A stretch of DNA of 64,000 nt from a virus: IMG/VR virus record IMGVR_UViG_3300020474_000993; one strand, written 5' to 3'. A program made the position numbers and the translations under genes. How positions within the stretch are numbered: position 1 is the first letter of the stretch; every line of letters starts with the position of its first letter. The notes beneath the pieces are model-generated. The model saw nothing but the letters and a program-made list of their open reading frames with translations, was not told where the DNA came from and did not search any database. Shown one piece after another: positions 19,499 through 29,336 of this stretch.

Positions 19499-19567
19499 CT
19501 AGGGATTTATTTTCACTTTTTTTCGCTTTGGCCCTTGACATTTGGGGTAAAATATGAGATCATGATC
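19483..19567 (+). promoter_or_regulatory. Early promoter with IHF site and GATC in the -10 box
   Basis: TAAGTTGTTGATT 19483-19495 (perfect reversed IHF consensus); TTGACA 19535-19540; 17 bp; TG-n-GATCAT-GATC. Confidence 0.85.
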
Positions 19568-19594
19568 ATATAAATTAGAGAAGTGAGAGAAAAT

Positions 19595-19945
19595 ATGCAA
19601 AAAGAAATCGAAAACCTAAAAGAATTGATAGTGAATGACTATCAAAACTGGACATCTAGGTCTGCTTATTCAGACGAAGAGAGGGACAAAGAAAGGGTCG
19701 CTGAATTCGCCTCTAAAATAGAGGTATCAGAAGGTCAGAAATACATCAAAATAATTTCTGACAGGTCTGTTTGGGGTTTCATCGTCAAGACTGAAACCGA
19801 TAAATTATTCCAAAAGGGTGACATTTTGAAACCCGCTGGTTGGGCTGCCCCCGCTAGGAACAAACCTAGAGGCAATGTCTTTGAGATGTTGGGTGGTAAA
19901 GGAACTGGTTGGGTAAGATGGACTGGCCCACAGTACTTACGGTAG
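19595..19945 (+). CDS. Conserved early hypothetical phage protein
   Basis: GQKYIKI...VWGFI...GDILKPAGWAAPARN..RGN...WTGPQYL. Confidence 0.7.
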   Translation: MQKEIENLKELIVNDYQNWTSRSAYSDEERDKERVAEFASKIEVSEGQKYIKIISDRSVWGFIVKTETDKLFQKGDILKPAGWAAPARNKPRGNVFEMLGGKGTGWVRWTGPQYLR

Positions 19946-19954
19946 GAGGCAGTT

Positions 19955-20365
19955 ATGAGTAGATGCAGAATGGATTCAACTTGTGGAGACACAATTGCTG
20001 AAAAAGGTTATCTTAAAACCCAGATAGAAAAATGGGAAAAGATATCCGATGAATTATCTTCAACAGTTAGTCGAGTCAATGATGAGACTAAAGTTATCAA
20101 GTACAACGATGTTCCTAGTAACATTTACTTGAAGGTTGAAAGTATTGCTGAAGAGTTGAAACTTTCTGACGCACAGAAAAAGGAACTTGAATCTAATATT
20201 GAATATCAAGTTCGCCAAGTGCGTGAGGCAGTTAACAATCTTGAGTCTGAAATTTACAAACTAGTAGAACCATTTGAAGAGTTGCAAAGGGATGCTGAAA
20301 ACAAGAAAGATGATTTTGAGTACGAACTTGATGACTTGGAATGGGAACTAGAAAAGGCTTCATAA
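19955..20365 (+). CDS. Hypothetical coiled-coil protein
   Basis: GGAGG RBS; E/K-rich helical ORF. Confidence 0.65.
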   Translation: MSRCRMDSTCGDTIAEKGYLKTQIEKWEKISDELSSTVSRVNDETKVIKYNDVPSNIYLKVESIAEELKLSDAQKKELESNIEYQVRQVREAVNNLESEIYKLVEPFEELQRDAENKKDDFEYELDDLEWELEKAS

Positions 20366-20371
20366 ATATTA

Positions 20372-20450
20372 TAGGCAATTACAGAGTGCCTGCTAAAGTC
20401 TGTAAAGGTTGATGACCGAACATCCATGAGGGGAATGAAAACGCCCCTCG
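20372..20450 (+). ncRNA. Candidate structured leader (H-type pseudoknot plus two hairpins)
   Basis: AGGCA/TGCCT stem whose loop TTACAGA pairs with downstream TCTGTAA; GGTT/GACC and GAGGGG/CCCCTC hairpins; follows CATAAATA at 20361. Confidence 0.45.
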
Positions 20451-20471
20451 TCTTTTATATATGGAGAAATT

Positions 20472-20744
20472 ATGAATCAAAATGATATAGTATCGGTGAT
20501 TACACCCGCTGGTGAGTTTATAGGTAAACTTGCTTTAGAAACAGACACGCGATTGAAATTGAATGACCCACGCATGTTGATTACAACAAATGAAGGCATG
20601 GGGTTTGCTAGGGGAGTTTGTCTTACTGGTGTTGAAAATCCAGATGAGATGACTTTTTATTCTGGCGGGATTGTTTTTGTTTCCCCGACCAATGAAGATG
20701 TACAAAAATCTTATCGTAAATTTACAAGTGGGATTATAACATGA
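20472..20744 (+). CDS. Hypothetical protein (Sm-like beta fold suspected)
   Basis: GGAG RBS; DIVSVITPAGEFIGK...LNDPRML. Confidence 0.65.
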   Translation: MNQNDIVSVITPAGEFIGKLALETDTRLKLNDPRMLITTNEGMGFARGVCLTGVENPDEMTFYSGGIVFVSPTNEDVQKSYRKFTSGIIT

Positions 20745-20962
20745 CGGAAAAATTGCAAAAGATTGCTGATGAAATTTCAAAGTGGGATGATGAACACGAA
20801 CCACTTGCCCAAGAAATTTTGGATGCATACAAGTTTATATATAGATTACTAGACCCAGAAGGGTTTGGATTTGCTGTATCCGCTGAGGTTAGGGATGCTG
20901 CTCGAGTAGTCGTAGGACTAGAACCAGTGGAACAAAACTTATATAAGACCAAGGATGAGTGA
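20741..20962 (+). CDS. Hypothetical protein
   Basis: Overlaps both neighbours; LLDPEGFGFAVSAEVRDAAR. Confidence 0.6.
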   Translation: MTEKLQKIADEISKWDDEHEPLAQEILDAYKFIYRLLDPEGFGFAVSAEVRDAARVVVGLEPVEQNLYKTKDE

Positions 20963-21329
20963 GGATACCAAACAACTAGAATTAGACCTAGATTTCCCAA
21001 AGGAAGAAGAGAAGGAGCCAGAGGTGTCCCATCAAAAATTCGCCCCAGAAGAAATAGAAAATTCAAATCGCATATTTAAGTCTGCTACACCAAAATATGA
21101 CCTTAGTTGGTATGTGAAATGGATTTCATCTATATTAATATTAGTAGCACTTACAATTAGAGCTGCTGATTACCCACGCATATATGATATGTGGTTTGGG
21201 TTTTTTGGTATGATTGGATGGACTTATGTGGGAATTCTTTGGAAAGATAGGGCGATTATCATCATGAATGTTATCAGTACAATCCTTCTGGCTATAGGTC
21301 TCTTAACACACTATAGAGGATTATTTTAA
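20955..21329 (+). CDS. Small multi-TM membrane protein
   Basis: Three hydrophobic segments; WYVKW...W..VG.LWKDRAII.MN. Confidence 0.65.
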   Translation: MSEDTKQLELDLDFPKEEEKEPEVSHQKFAPEEIENSNRIFKSATPKYDLSWYVKWISSILILVALTIRAADYPRIYDMWFGFFGMIGWTYVGILWKDRAIIIMNVISTILLAIGLLTHYRGLF

Positions 21330-21649
21330 TGCCACTTTACGAAATCGAAAACACCGAAACAGGTGAAATCTTTGAAGTTATGATGAAGATTGATGACAAA
21401 GAAAAAATGTTACAAAAAAATCCACATTTCAAACAAATTCCAAGCGCTCCCAATATCAATAAAGGTGGTGTGGGTGACAGGGTTAAACCCGATGGTGGAT
21501 TCAAAGATGTTTTATCTAAGATTGCTGATGCAAATCCAACATCTAAACTTGCTGATGACTATGGAAAGAAAGATAAAAAATCAGTCGCTGTCCGTGACAG
21601 TATGAAACGAGTCAAAAAGAAATTAGGTTCTATTACAGACGGTTCATAG
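21329..21649 (+). CDS. FmdB-like conserved T4-like phage protein
   Basis: MPLYEIENTETGEIFEVMM...NPH...DGGFKDVLSKI. Confidence 0.6.
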   Translation: MPLYEIENTETGEIFEVMMKIDDKEKMLQKNPHFKQIPSAPNINKGGVGDRVKPDGGFKDVLSKIADANPTSKLADDYGKKDKKSVAVRDSMKRVKKKLGSITDGS

Positions 21650-21653
21650 TATT

Positions 21654-22094
21654 ATGAAGATAATGACATTGTGGGGTGAAGAAGAAGTTCATAACACAAG
21701 AATGTGTATACACTGTAAACAGGTAAAACACGAAGAAGAATTTGGTATAAGGTCATATACGAAAAATGGAGTTAAATCAGAAAGAAGAAATGATTGCAAT
21801 TCCTGTCGTAAAAAAGAAACTAAAATAAGAAATCAATTAAAGAAACAATATCCTAGACCTATTAATAAGGACTATAGATGTCCTAGATGTAATAGAAGTC
21901 AACAAGACTTTATTGATGAGGGTAGATTTGTTCATACCAAGAAGAAGTCTATATTTGTTTTAGACCATGACCATGAAACAGGACAATTCAGAGGATGGAT
22001 ATGTGACTACTGTAATACTATATGTGCAAGAGCATACGATGACCCCAGTATATTAGAGGCAAATGCAAGGGCATTAAGAGAATTCAGATTGTGA
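21654..22094 (+). CDS. Endonuclease VII-family (His-Me) endonuclease, probably homing type
   Basis: CxxC pairs and LDHDHETGQFRGWICDYCN. Confidence 0.8.
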   Translation: MKIMTLWGEEEVHNTRMCIHCKQVKHEEEFGIRSYTKNGVKSERRNDCNSCRKKETKIRNQLKKQYPRPINKDYRCPRCNRSQQDFIDEGRFVHTKKKSIFVLDHDHETGQFRGWICDYCNTICARAYDDPSILEANARALREFRL

Positions 22095-22134
22095 ATATTA
22101 CCATTATCCGATATTGATTTTTACTGCTATTCCA

Positions 22135-22142
22135 TATAAATA
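22135..22142 (+). promoter_or_regulatory. T4-type late promoter
   Basis: TATAAATA. Confidence 0.7.
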
Positions 22143-22197
22143 TGTTAGTGTCAAATAATTGACACACTCGATTCATAACCGAAAAGAGGACATTGTT

Positions 22198-23070
22198 ATG
22201 AAATGGTTTAAAATCATTACTGCAATCTTTTTGATTTCAGTAGTAAATGTGGGGTGTGCTTCAGCCTCTGGTGGTAATTACTATGAAGCAGTGCAAAAGG
22301 CAGCAGAAGCGAAAGCGAAAGTGTCTGAAGCACGATATCGAGCTCTTGCTCAAGTCGCATCTAGTGGTGATGGTCAGGCTGCATCCGCAGCTGTTATGGC
22401 AATCGCACTATCTAATGATGCTACAATTGTTCCACAGTATGTCGAATCTTCTGCTCTGAAATGGGCGCAAGTCTTGACACCAACTATCGGAACACTAGGA
22501 TTGGGTATCGTTCAAGCAAATGTTGCTAAGAACGCTGCTAACAAGGCTGCTGAAGTTCAAATGGCTTCTATGCAGGCCAATGCAGATATCCAACTAGGTC
22601 AACAAAGTATGATTAGTAACATGGGTGGACAGTGGGCTGATGTCGCAGCTGCTGGTGGGCAAGCAACAGTAGATGTTGCTCTCGCTGGATTTGGTGCATT
22701 GAATACCGCTGGTGACCAGACTGTTACACTCGGTCTCGCTGGGTTGGATACTGCTACAGTTGGTATGAACAATCTCAATGAGTTGGGTCAGTTTGGTATG
22801 ACTACTATTGGTGCAGTCTCTACCACTGGTATGAACAATCTCGTTGGGTTGGGTCAGTACGGTATTGATGCAGCTGAAACTCTAGGTATTCAAGGTATGT
22901 TGGGTATTCATGAGACCAATGAAGATTGGTTAACTTATACCGCTAGTAGTGATACTAACTTTGCTACGATTCTCGCAGACTTTAACGCGACAATCAAACA
23001 ATTTGGAACAGATTTGGGAACCCCTATCACATGTAACGCTGATGCAAACGGAGTGTTTACTTGTCAATAA
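22198..23070 (+). CDS. Late Gly/Ala-rich lipoprotein
   Basis: GAGGA RBS; signal peptide ending NVGC; internal GMNNL..LGQ[FY]G repeat. Confidence 0.7.
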   Translation: MKWFKIITAIFLISVVNVGCASASGGNYYEAVQKAAEAKAKVSEARYRALAQVASSGDGQAASAAVMAIALSNDATIVPQYVESSALKWAQVLTPTIGTLGLGIVQANVAKNAANKAAEVQMASMQANADIQLGQQSMISNMGGQWADVAAAGGQATVDVALAGFGALNTAGDQTVTLGLAGLDTATVGMNNLNELGQFGMTTIGAVSTTGMNNLVGLGQYGIDAAETLGIQGMLGIHETNEDWLTYTASSDTNFATILADFNATIKQFGTDLGTPITCNADANGVFTCQ

Positions 23071-23084
23071 TTACATAAAAGTTG

Positions 23085-23117
23085 TATAAATATAGGGGAC
23101 AATAAGTCCCCTTTTTT
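23085..23117 (+). promoter_or_regulatory. Late promoter immediately followed by a terminator-like hairpin
   Basis: TATAAATA 23085-23092; AGGGGAC/GTCCCCT plus T-run. Confidence 0.65.
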
Positions 23118-23134
23118 AATTATGAGGTAATATT

Positions 23135-23581
23135 ATGGAAAAGAAAGAAATAAAGAAAGTATTGGATGGTGCAGAATTCGTGATGAAGGACATGCCTGAA
23201 GAGTTAAAAGAAGTTTTGAAAACACAAATTGTGAATCCAAAACTAATGGATGAATTTGATAACTTATACGATGAAGATATCGATGCTGAAACAGTCAAAG
23301 CATTATCCCACGCATTAGAATTAGACTACATTGAAAAATGGAAAGTCTTTGCTCAAATGAAACTCCTAGAAAAGAATTTTGCTATTGCTGAACAGGCAAG
23401 GGTTGCTTTGCGTGAACAATTAACAACTGCTAATGCCAATGTTCAAGTTCTTTTGAGGAACTATGAAGAGAAAAAAATTGGATTAGACCACGAAATAAAA
23501 GAGAAACTAAAAGTAAAAGAAGAACTTAAATTAGTTCGTGCTGAATTGAAGAACCTTAAAAAGAAGACGCCTGAATTATAA
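23135..23581 (+). CDS. Hypothetical coiled-coil protein
   Basis: GAGG RBS; heptad-rich C-terminus. Confidence 0.65.
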   Translation: MEKKEIKKVLDGAEFVMKDMPEELKEVLKTQIVNPKLMDEFDNLYDEDIDAETVKALSHALELDYIEKWKVFAQMKLLEKNFAIAEQARVALREQLTTANANVQVLLRNYEEKKIGLDHEIKEKLKVKEELKLVRAELKNLKKKTPEL

Positions 23582-23584
23582 ATA
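23577..23584 (+). promoter_or_regulatory. T4-type late promoter
   Basis: TATAAATA. Confidence 0.7.
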
Positions 23585-23615
23585 GTGGCAAACAAAATGT
23601 TTATGGAAAGAGTTA

Positions 23616-24869
23616 ATGGTCGGATTTTTATCATATCTAAACGAAGATGCACAGGGCAAGAACCTACATCTTGAACACCTAGAAGACGAAATATTAAATT
23701 TCGGAATAGGTGGAGCTCGTGGTGCAATTAATTTCTTACAGGCATTGAGAGATATGTTGTCGGGAAGTTCTCGTTCATCCGTAAATATGACAGTTAAATG
23801 GGACGGTGCTCCTGCTATATTTGCTGGTATTGACCCCAGTGATGGTAAATTTTTTGTTGCTAAGAAAGGTGTATTCAATAAGACACCACTATTATATAAG
23901 TCCACACAAGAAATAAACAAAGACAGTAAATTGCCACAGGCATTAAAACCCGCCTTTACAATCGCGTTACAAGAATTTAGCAAACTCGGCATCAAGAGTG
24001 TATTACAGGGTGACTTAATGTTTACACAGGCATCTCTTGAATCTGAAACTATAGATGGTGAGAGGTACACCACATTCCAACCAAACACTATAGTCTATGC
24101 TATTCCAAAGATGTCAGAACTGGAACAAAGAATTAAAGCTGCTAAGATTGGTGTTGTTTGGCACACATCATATACAGGTAACACATTAGAAGGTATGAAG
24201 GCATCTTTTGGTGTAAACATTAGTAGTCTTAGAAAATCAAGAAGTGTCTGGATGGATGATGCTAGTTATAGAGATACTAGTGGAACTTCTACATTTACGC
24301 AAACAGAGACATCTGCTGTTACTACAAAACTATCCGAGTGTGGTAGAATATTTAAGAAAATAAATTCAGCACAATTAAACAATTTCTTAAAATTTCAAAA
24401 TGGGTTTTCTGGAAAAATGGTTGGCGCCAATATCAAAACCTATAATAATTCAAAAGTAAAGGTTGGTGCGAAGATAACTAATGTCTCTGGCCATGTGTCT
24501 GGATACGCAAAGTGGGTAGAAGACAAATTTGATACAGAGATAAATAAGTTAAAAACGGAACAGTCACAGAAAAAACTAGAGATAAAAAAGAAAGAAACTT
24601 TAAGGGAACTAAATCAATATACTGCTCTTCTTATAAATGTTATCAATTTTCAGAACTCTATGGTAGATGCTAAAATGATAATTGTTAGTAAACTAAATAG
24701 AGTAAAACAGTTGATGGATACTTTTGTCAGAACTAAACAAGGATTTAAAGTTACAAATCCAGAAGGATATGTTGCAATCGATAGGGTGTCTGGTAATGCT
24801 GTTAAACTGGTAGACAGAATGGAATTTAGTTATAATAACTTTACTGCAATTAAGGCGTGGGATAGATGA
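23616..24869 (+). CDS. Conserved T4-like protein with RNA-ligase-type nucleotidyltransferase motifs
   Basis: VKWDGAP (motif I KxDG), QGDLMF, EGYVAI, VKLVDR; N-terminal HLEHLED. Confidence 0.6.
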   Translation: MVGFLSYLNEDAQGKNLHLEHLEDEILNFGIGGARGAINFLQALRDMLSGSSRSSVNMTVKWDGAPAIFAGIDPSDGKFFVAKKGVFNKTPLLYKSTQEINKDSKLPQALKPAFTIALQEFSKLGIKSVLQGDLMFTQASLESETIDGERYTTFQPNTIVYAIPKMSELEQRIKAAKIGVVWHTSYTGNTLEGMKASFGVNISSLRKSRSVWMDDASYRDTSGTSTFTQTETSAVTTKLSECGRIFKKINSAQLNNFLKFQNGFSGKMVGANIKTYNNSKVKVGAKITNVSGHVSGYAKWVEDKFDTEINKLKTEQSQKKLEIKKKETLRELNQYTALLINVINFQNSMVDAKMIIVSKLNRVKQLMDTFVRTKQGFKVTNPEGYVAIDRVSGNAVKLVDRMEFSYNNFTAIKAWDR

Positions 24870-25453
24870 AAACATTAGTATATGCATTTGGAAGGATGAA
24901 CCCGCCTACTGCTGGTCATGGAAAACTTGTACAGAAGGTAAAACAACTTGCTCAAAGAGAAAGAGCAGACCACCTTATTGTAGTTAGTCACAGTCAAGAT
25001 AAACATAAGAACCCATTGACCCCACAGAAAAAAGTTGCCCATCTTAAAAAGATGTTCACAGGAACTAAATTCAAGGCATCTGATAGAGTCAACCCAAACT
25101 TCATAAAACAATTAGGTCTACTTACAGGAAAGTATGATAAGGTTATTATGGTTGCTGGTTCAGATAGGGTTCAAGAATTCCAGAGGATACTGGATAGATA
25201 CAATGGTAAGGATTTTAAATTTGACGAAATAGATGTAATCTCTGCTGGACAAAGAGACCCAGACGCGGAAGGCGTAACTGGTATAAGTGCTAGTAAGATG
25301 AGACTGTTCGCCAAGAACAATGATTTTAACTCATTCAAAAGAGGGTTGCCCGCTGGTTATAGTGGGTCTCAAGCTTTATTCAAAGATGTGAAGAGTGGGA
25401 TGGAGTTAAAGGAAGATAAACACTACACTTTTTCACAATTTTTAAGAGGATAA
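24866..25453 (+). CDS. Cytidylyltransferase-like (HxGH) nucleotidyltransferase
   Basis: FGRMNPPTAGH, KNPL, VAGSDR, SASKMR. Confidence 0.85.
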   Translation: MKTLVYAFGRMNPPTAGHGKLVQKVKQLAQRERADHLIVVSHSQDKHKNPLTPQKKVAHLKKMFTGTKFKASDRVNPNFIKQLGLLTGKYDKVIMVAGSDRVQEFQRILDRYNGKDFKFDEIDVISAGQRDPDAEGVTGISASKMRLFAKNNDFNSFKRGLPAGYSGSQALFKDVKSGMELKEDKHYTFSQFLRG

Positions 25454-25456
25454 AAT

Positions 25457-26119
25457 ATGTCAAAATATCTAAAGGGTTTATTACCCACAACAGGATTGAA
25501 GTTCGACCCTAGTTCGGCACCTCATGGATACGCAGACCCCACTTCTAGTGGCGATGCTTTTTTACCAGACCTTGATTTCCCAAATGGGAAATGGGGATTA
25601 TTCGGGGCAAAATCAAGTGGGCCTGGCATCAGTGAACCAACTGATTTACCAGATGAATACTATGAAGAAGTAGCAGATAGAGAAGAACTTCTTGAACAAC
25701 TAAAAGAGGATGAAGGAGTAAAATATGAAATCTATCTCGACCACCTTGGGTACGCCACCTGTGGTATCGGTCATCTCCTCAAAGATGGGGACGAAGAATA
25801 TAACAAAGAAGTCGGAACCGAAGTCTCAGAAGAAAGAGTCATTGAACTCTTCAAACAAGATATCGGAATTGCCTGCCGAGACGCCGTTAATTTATACGGC
25901 TGGTCTGGATTTTGTGAGTGGCCAGAGGAAGTCCAAAATATCTGTATTAATATGATATTCAATATGGGTATGACTAGACTTAGCAAGTTTAAAAACATGC
26001 ACAAGGCATTAGAACAACAGAATTGGAAACAAGCAGCCATTGAAGGCCGCGACTCTAAATGGTACACACAAGTAACCAATAGAGCAGAAAGATTAATGAG
26101 TAAACTTGAAGAAGTATAA
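25457..26119 (+). CDS. T4-type lysozyme (GH24) with an N-terminal extension
   Basis: DEG...YLDHLGYATCGIGHL, NMIFNMG, SKWYTQVTNRAERL. Confidence 0.9.
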   Translation: MSKYLKGLLPTTGLKFDPSSAPHGYADPTSSGDAFLPDLDFPNGKWGLFGAKSSGPGISEPTDLPDEYYEEVADREELLEQLKEDEGVKYEIYLDHLGYATCGIGHLLKDGDEEYNKEVGTEVSEERVIELFKQDIGIACRDAVNLYGWSGFCEWPEEVQNICINMIFNMGMTRLSKFKNMHKALEQQNWKQAAIEGRDSKWYTQVTNRAERLMSKLEEV

Positions 26120-26166
26120 ACTGTATTTACACGGACGAATACACAAACAGGGAAGGATATGAACAA

Positions 26167-26751
26167 ATGGAGTGGATACTAGATTTAGCTATGACTTTTT
26201 GGATGTGGACGGTATTAATTGCCATCATCTTGATAGGTTGGATTATTGATAGATTAGACATGAGGGAAGAGACAGGATTAACATTTTCAATGAAGGAAAT
26301 GCCAGTCTTAAAACCAATTGTCATAGAGACAAAGGGTAAGGGGTTTTGGAAATCAATGCTTCATTGGTTTTTGTCTACAAGAAATTGGGAAGTAACCAAA
26401 GACTGGCACTACACAATAGATGATATTGAGTATGTTATTCCGAAAGGATTTCAGTTTGATGGTGCTAGTATTCCAAAATTTCTGAGAACATTTTTTTCTC
26501 CAGTAGGTATAATGCTGGTTGGTGGATTGGTACATGATTATGGATATAAGTATGAGACTTTGCTAATGAAAGGCAAAAAGAAAACAGTTGGAATTAAAGA
26601 CCAAAAGTGGATGGATGAAGTATTCAAAGACATTAATATTAATGTTAATGGGTTCTATCTATTTAACATTCTATCTTATTGGTCATTGAGATTGGCTGGA
26701 TTCATTGCTTGGAATGGGCATAGGAAACGGAACTTATCACCAAATATTTAA
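26167..26751 (+). CDS. DUF1353-family protein with an N-terminal TM helix
   Basis: IPKGFQFDGASIP...LVHDYGY...D.VF. Confidence 0.75.
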   Translation: MEWILDLAMTFWMWTVLIAIILIGWIIDRLDMREETGLTFSMKEMPVLKPIVIETKGKGFWKSMLHWFLSTRNWEVTKDWHYTIDDIEYVIPKGFQFDGASIPKFLRTFFSPVGIMLVGGLVHDYGYKYETLLMKGKKKTVGIKDQKWMDEVFKDININVNGFYLFNILSYWSLRLAGFIAWNGHRKRNLSPNI

Positions 26752-26763
26752 TAAGGTTAAATT

Positions 26764-26979
26764 ATGACAGAAGTAGAATTGGTACAAAAATATAGCAACA
26801 AACTTGCTGAGTTGAACGAATTGCGAGACAGTGGTATGCTTAGTTTTGACGAATATAATGATTTAGTTGAGGACTTTCGAGATGTAAAAGCAATCGAAGC
26901 AGATATTGATGACCCCAAGTTAAAAGTATTTGCTAGTGCGGTAGTCAATAGTGTCTCATCCCAGATTAAAACATTATAA
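26764..26979 (+). CDS. Hypothetical protein
   Basis: AAGG RBS; 71 aa. Confidence 0.55.
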   Translation: MTEVELVQKYSNKLAELNELRDSGMLSFDEYNDLVEDFRDVKAIEADIDDPKLKVFASAVVNSVSSQIKTL

Positions 26980-26982
26980 ATA
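26975..26982 (+). promoter_or_regulatory. T4-type late promoter
   Basis: TATAAATA. Confidence 0.7.
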
Positions 26983-26990
26983 GTCTTACT

Positions 26991-29336
26991 ATGGAAAAGA
27001 CTTTTGCAGACTTTGTAGACATACCAGAGCTTGAAGAAGGTGTCAATGACCCTGCCATTTTCAAGGCAATTTTCCTTGCCGGCGGGCCTGGGTCTGGTAA
27101 GTCTTTCATGGTTGGACAAACAGGTCTAACTGGATTGGGTTTCAAGATAGTCAACTCCGACCAACAATTTGAAATCGCCTTAAAAAAAGCAGGATTAACT
27201 CAAAAACCAGAAGACATATTCTCAACAAAAGGTCAATCTCTCAGAGACCGAGCTAAATTACTCACTGGAAAAAAACAAGATGGATATCTTGGTGGTAGAC
27301 TTGGATTAGTCATTGATGGTACTGGTAGAGAGTACGACAAAATCTCAAAACAAAAAACAGAACTAGAAAAACTGGGATATGAAACTGCCATGATAATGGT
27401 AAATACATCCCTACAAACTGCTGTTGGCAGAGACCAAGCAAGAGACAGGACATTGGGTAAGGCCGCTATCACTCCAATGTGGAAAGCGGTTCAGACAAAC
27501 ATTGGTAAATTTTCAAACCTTTTTAAACAAAATATGTACATCGTAGATAATTCGGATGGTGCAGATTTTAAAAGAGGTGCATTGTCTGTATATAGAAGTC
27601 TTATGTCTTGGTCAAAGAGACCACCTCAAGACAGGCGGGCAAAAGCATGGATTAAAAACGAAAAACAAAAACGCAATATCAAAGAAGAAAAAAAGAACTG
27701 TGGATGTGGACAAGACCCTTGTATCACATATGGCAAAAAAGAATTAAAACAAAAAATTAAAGAAGAATTACCACCGCATTTAAAAAGACATTTCGATAAG
27801 AAAGGAAATGTAGTACAGGGTACATGGAAAGATGGTAAGTGGAGTCCGAACAAGAAACAACCAAAAATCAAGACCACTATCAGAGATGTGACACCAAAAG
27901 GATATGGCCCAACCGAAGATATCAAGAACATGGATATGGGTGATGTAATCACAGATTTCTATAATAGTGATGCACCTCAGTTCAAAGGTAAATCTAAAAA
28001 GAAACGCAGAGAGATGGCGATTGCCGCTAAACTTTCTACTGAAGGAGTTTTTGACAGGGATTCTAAATCAAACTCTTTTAACAGAACTAAGTCTAAAACC
28101 ACAAAAGTAAAAATGGGTACTAAGGGTGGTAAACCAGTATACGGAAAATCTACCACACCTCAAGGATTCCCAAAACTATCAGAAGATTTAAGAAAGTGGT
28201 TTGGTAAAGGTAAGAAGGGGGATTGGATTCGCGTAGGCACAGACGGTGACATCAAGGGAGATTGTGCAAGAGAGCCTGGCGAGGGTAAACCGAAGTGTAT
28301 GCCTAGAGACAAAGCACACAGTATGTCTAAAAAAGACAGGGCGACATCTGCCAGAAGGAAACGCAGAGAAGACCCAGTTGCAGATAGAAAAGGTAAAGGT
28401 GGAAAACCAGTAATGGTTAAAACCGATGTCAAAGAAGATGTTCAAATTAGTAGGTACGAATGGGGTAGACCAGATGGTACTGCTTATATGAAAGCGCTGA
28501 CGCCTGGCGAGCCTGGTAAGACAACTAAAAAGAACAGGTCTAACGGAAACAAGAAACATTACAAGGCAGTAATGGAAGCAGGAGATAAAGAAGAATTAAA
28601 ATCAATATCATCTGCAACTCATGACCAAATGCATAAAGATGTAGATGGGACTCAAGATGACTTTGAAGGAATCATTACTCTTGATACTATGGATAATGAT
28701 TGGACTGCAATATTCACAGAACCAGAAATAGAAGCGATTGAACACGAAGTTGATGAACTTTCATTTGAAGATATGATGGGTCTGGGGATGTATGACAAAG
28801 AAGAATTAGAAGACTTTGAAGCATTTGACCAAGATATAGATTGGCATGATGATATACAAATAACTGAGGTTCTATCTATTCAAGGTAGAATGAAAAGGCG
28901 ATTCGCTGCTAGGAGAAATAGACAAAAACTTAAAGTTGCTCGTATGAGGGCATCAAGAAGGGCTGCTGACCCTGCTAGGTTGAAGAAGCGTGCTACTCGT
29001 GGTGCGAGGAATATGCTTAAGAATAGGATTGCTAGGGGTAGGGATTTAACTGCATTGCCACCCGCTGAGAAGGCTCGTATTGAAGGTATGGTAATGAGAT
29101 TTTCTGGATTAGTATCTAGGATTGCTCAGAGAATGATACCTATTGTTCGTAGGAATGAGATGAAAAGATTGAAATCTGGGTCAAGACAGAAATCACAAAA
29201 GGCGAAGAAGTATAATCCTAAGAAAGCATTAGCTTCTGCTTCAAAACAGAAGGGTAAAAAGTTTAAAGCAAGTAAGAAAACCTTTGCTAAACCAAAATTA
29301 GCAAGTAAACCAAAGGCGGCAACAAAAACGAAATGA
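26991..29336 (+). CDS. Multidomain late protein: N-terminal P-loop kinase (zeta-toxin/Pnk-like) plus basic and acidic modules
   Basis: FLAGGPGSGKS, VNSD, LVIDGTG, RDQARDR; modules separated by IKEE/LSTE/LSE/VKE/ITE. Confidence 0.7.
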   Translation: MEKTFADFVDIPELEEGVNDPAIFKAIFLAGGPGSGKSFMVGQTGLTGLGFKIVNSDQQFEIALKKAGLTQKPEDIFSTKGQSLRDRAKLLTGKKQDGYLGGRLGLVIDGTGREYDKISKQKTELEKLGYETAMIMVNTSLQTAVGRDQARDRTLGKAAITPMWKAVQTNIGKFSNLFKQNMYIVDNSDGADFKRGALSVYRSLMSWSKRPPQDRRAKAWIKNEKQKRNIKEEKKNCGCGQDPCITYGKKELKQKIKEELPPHLKRHFDKKGNVVQGTWKDGKWSPNKKQPKIKTTIRDVTPKGYGPTEDIKNMDMGDVITDFYNSDAPQFKGKSKKKRREMAIAAKLSTEGVFDRDSKSNSFNRTKSKTTKVKMGTKGGKPVYGKSTTPQGFPKLSEDLRKWFGKGKKGDWIRVGTDGDIKGDCAREPGEGKPKCMPRDKAHSMSKKDRATSARRKRREDPVADRKGKGGKPVMVKTDVKEDVQISRYEWGRPDGTAYMKALTPGEPGKTTKKNRSNGNKKHYKAVMEAGDKEELKSISSATHDQMHKDVDGTQDDFEGIITLDTMDNDWTAIFTEPEIEAIEHEVDELSFEDMMGLGMYDKEELEDFEAFDQDIDWHDDIQITEVLSIQGRMKRRFAARRNRQKLKVARMRASRRAADPARLKKRATRGARNMLKNRIARGRDLTALPPAEKARIEGMVMRFSGLVSRIAQRMIPIVRRNEMKRLKSGSRQKSQKAKKYNPKKALASASKQKGKKFKASKKTFAKPKLASKPKAATKTK

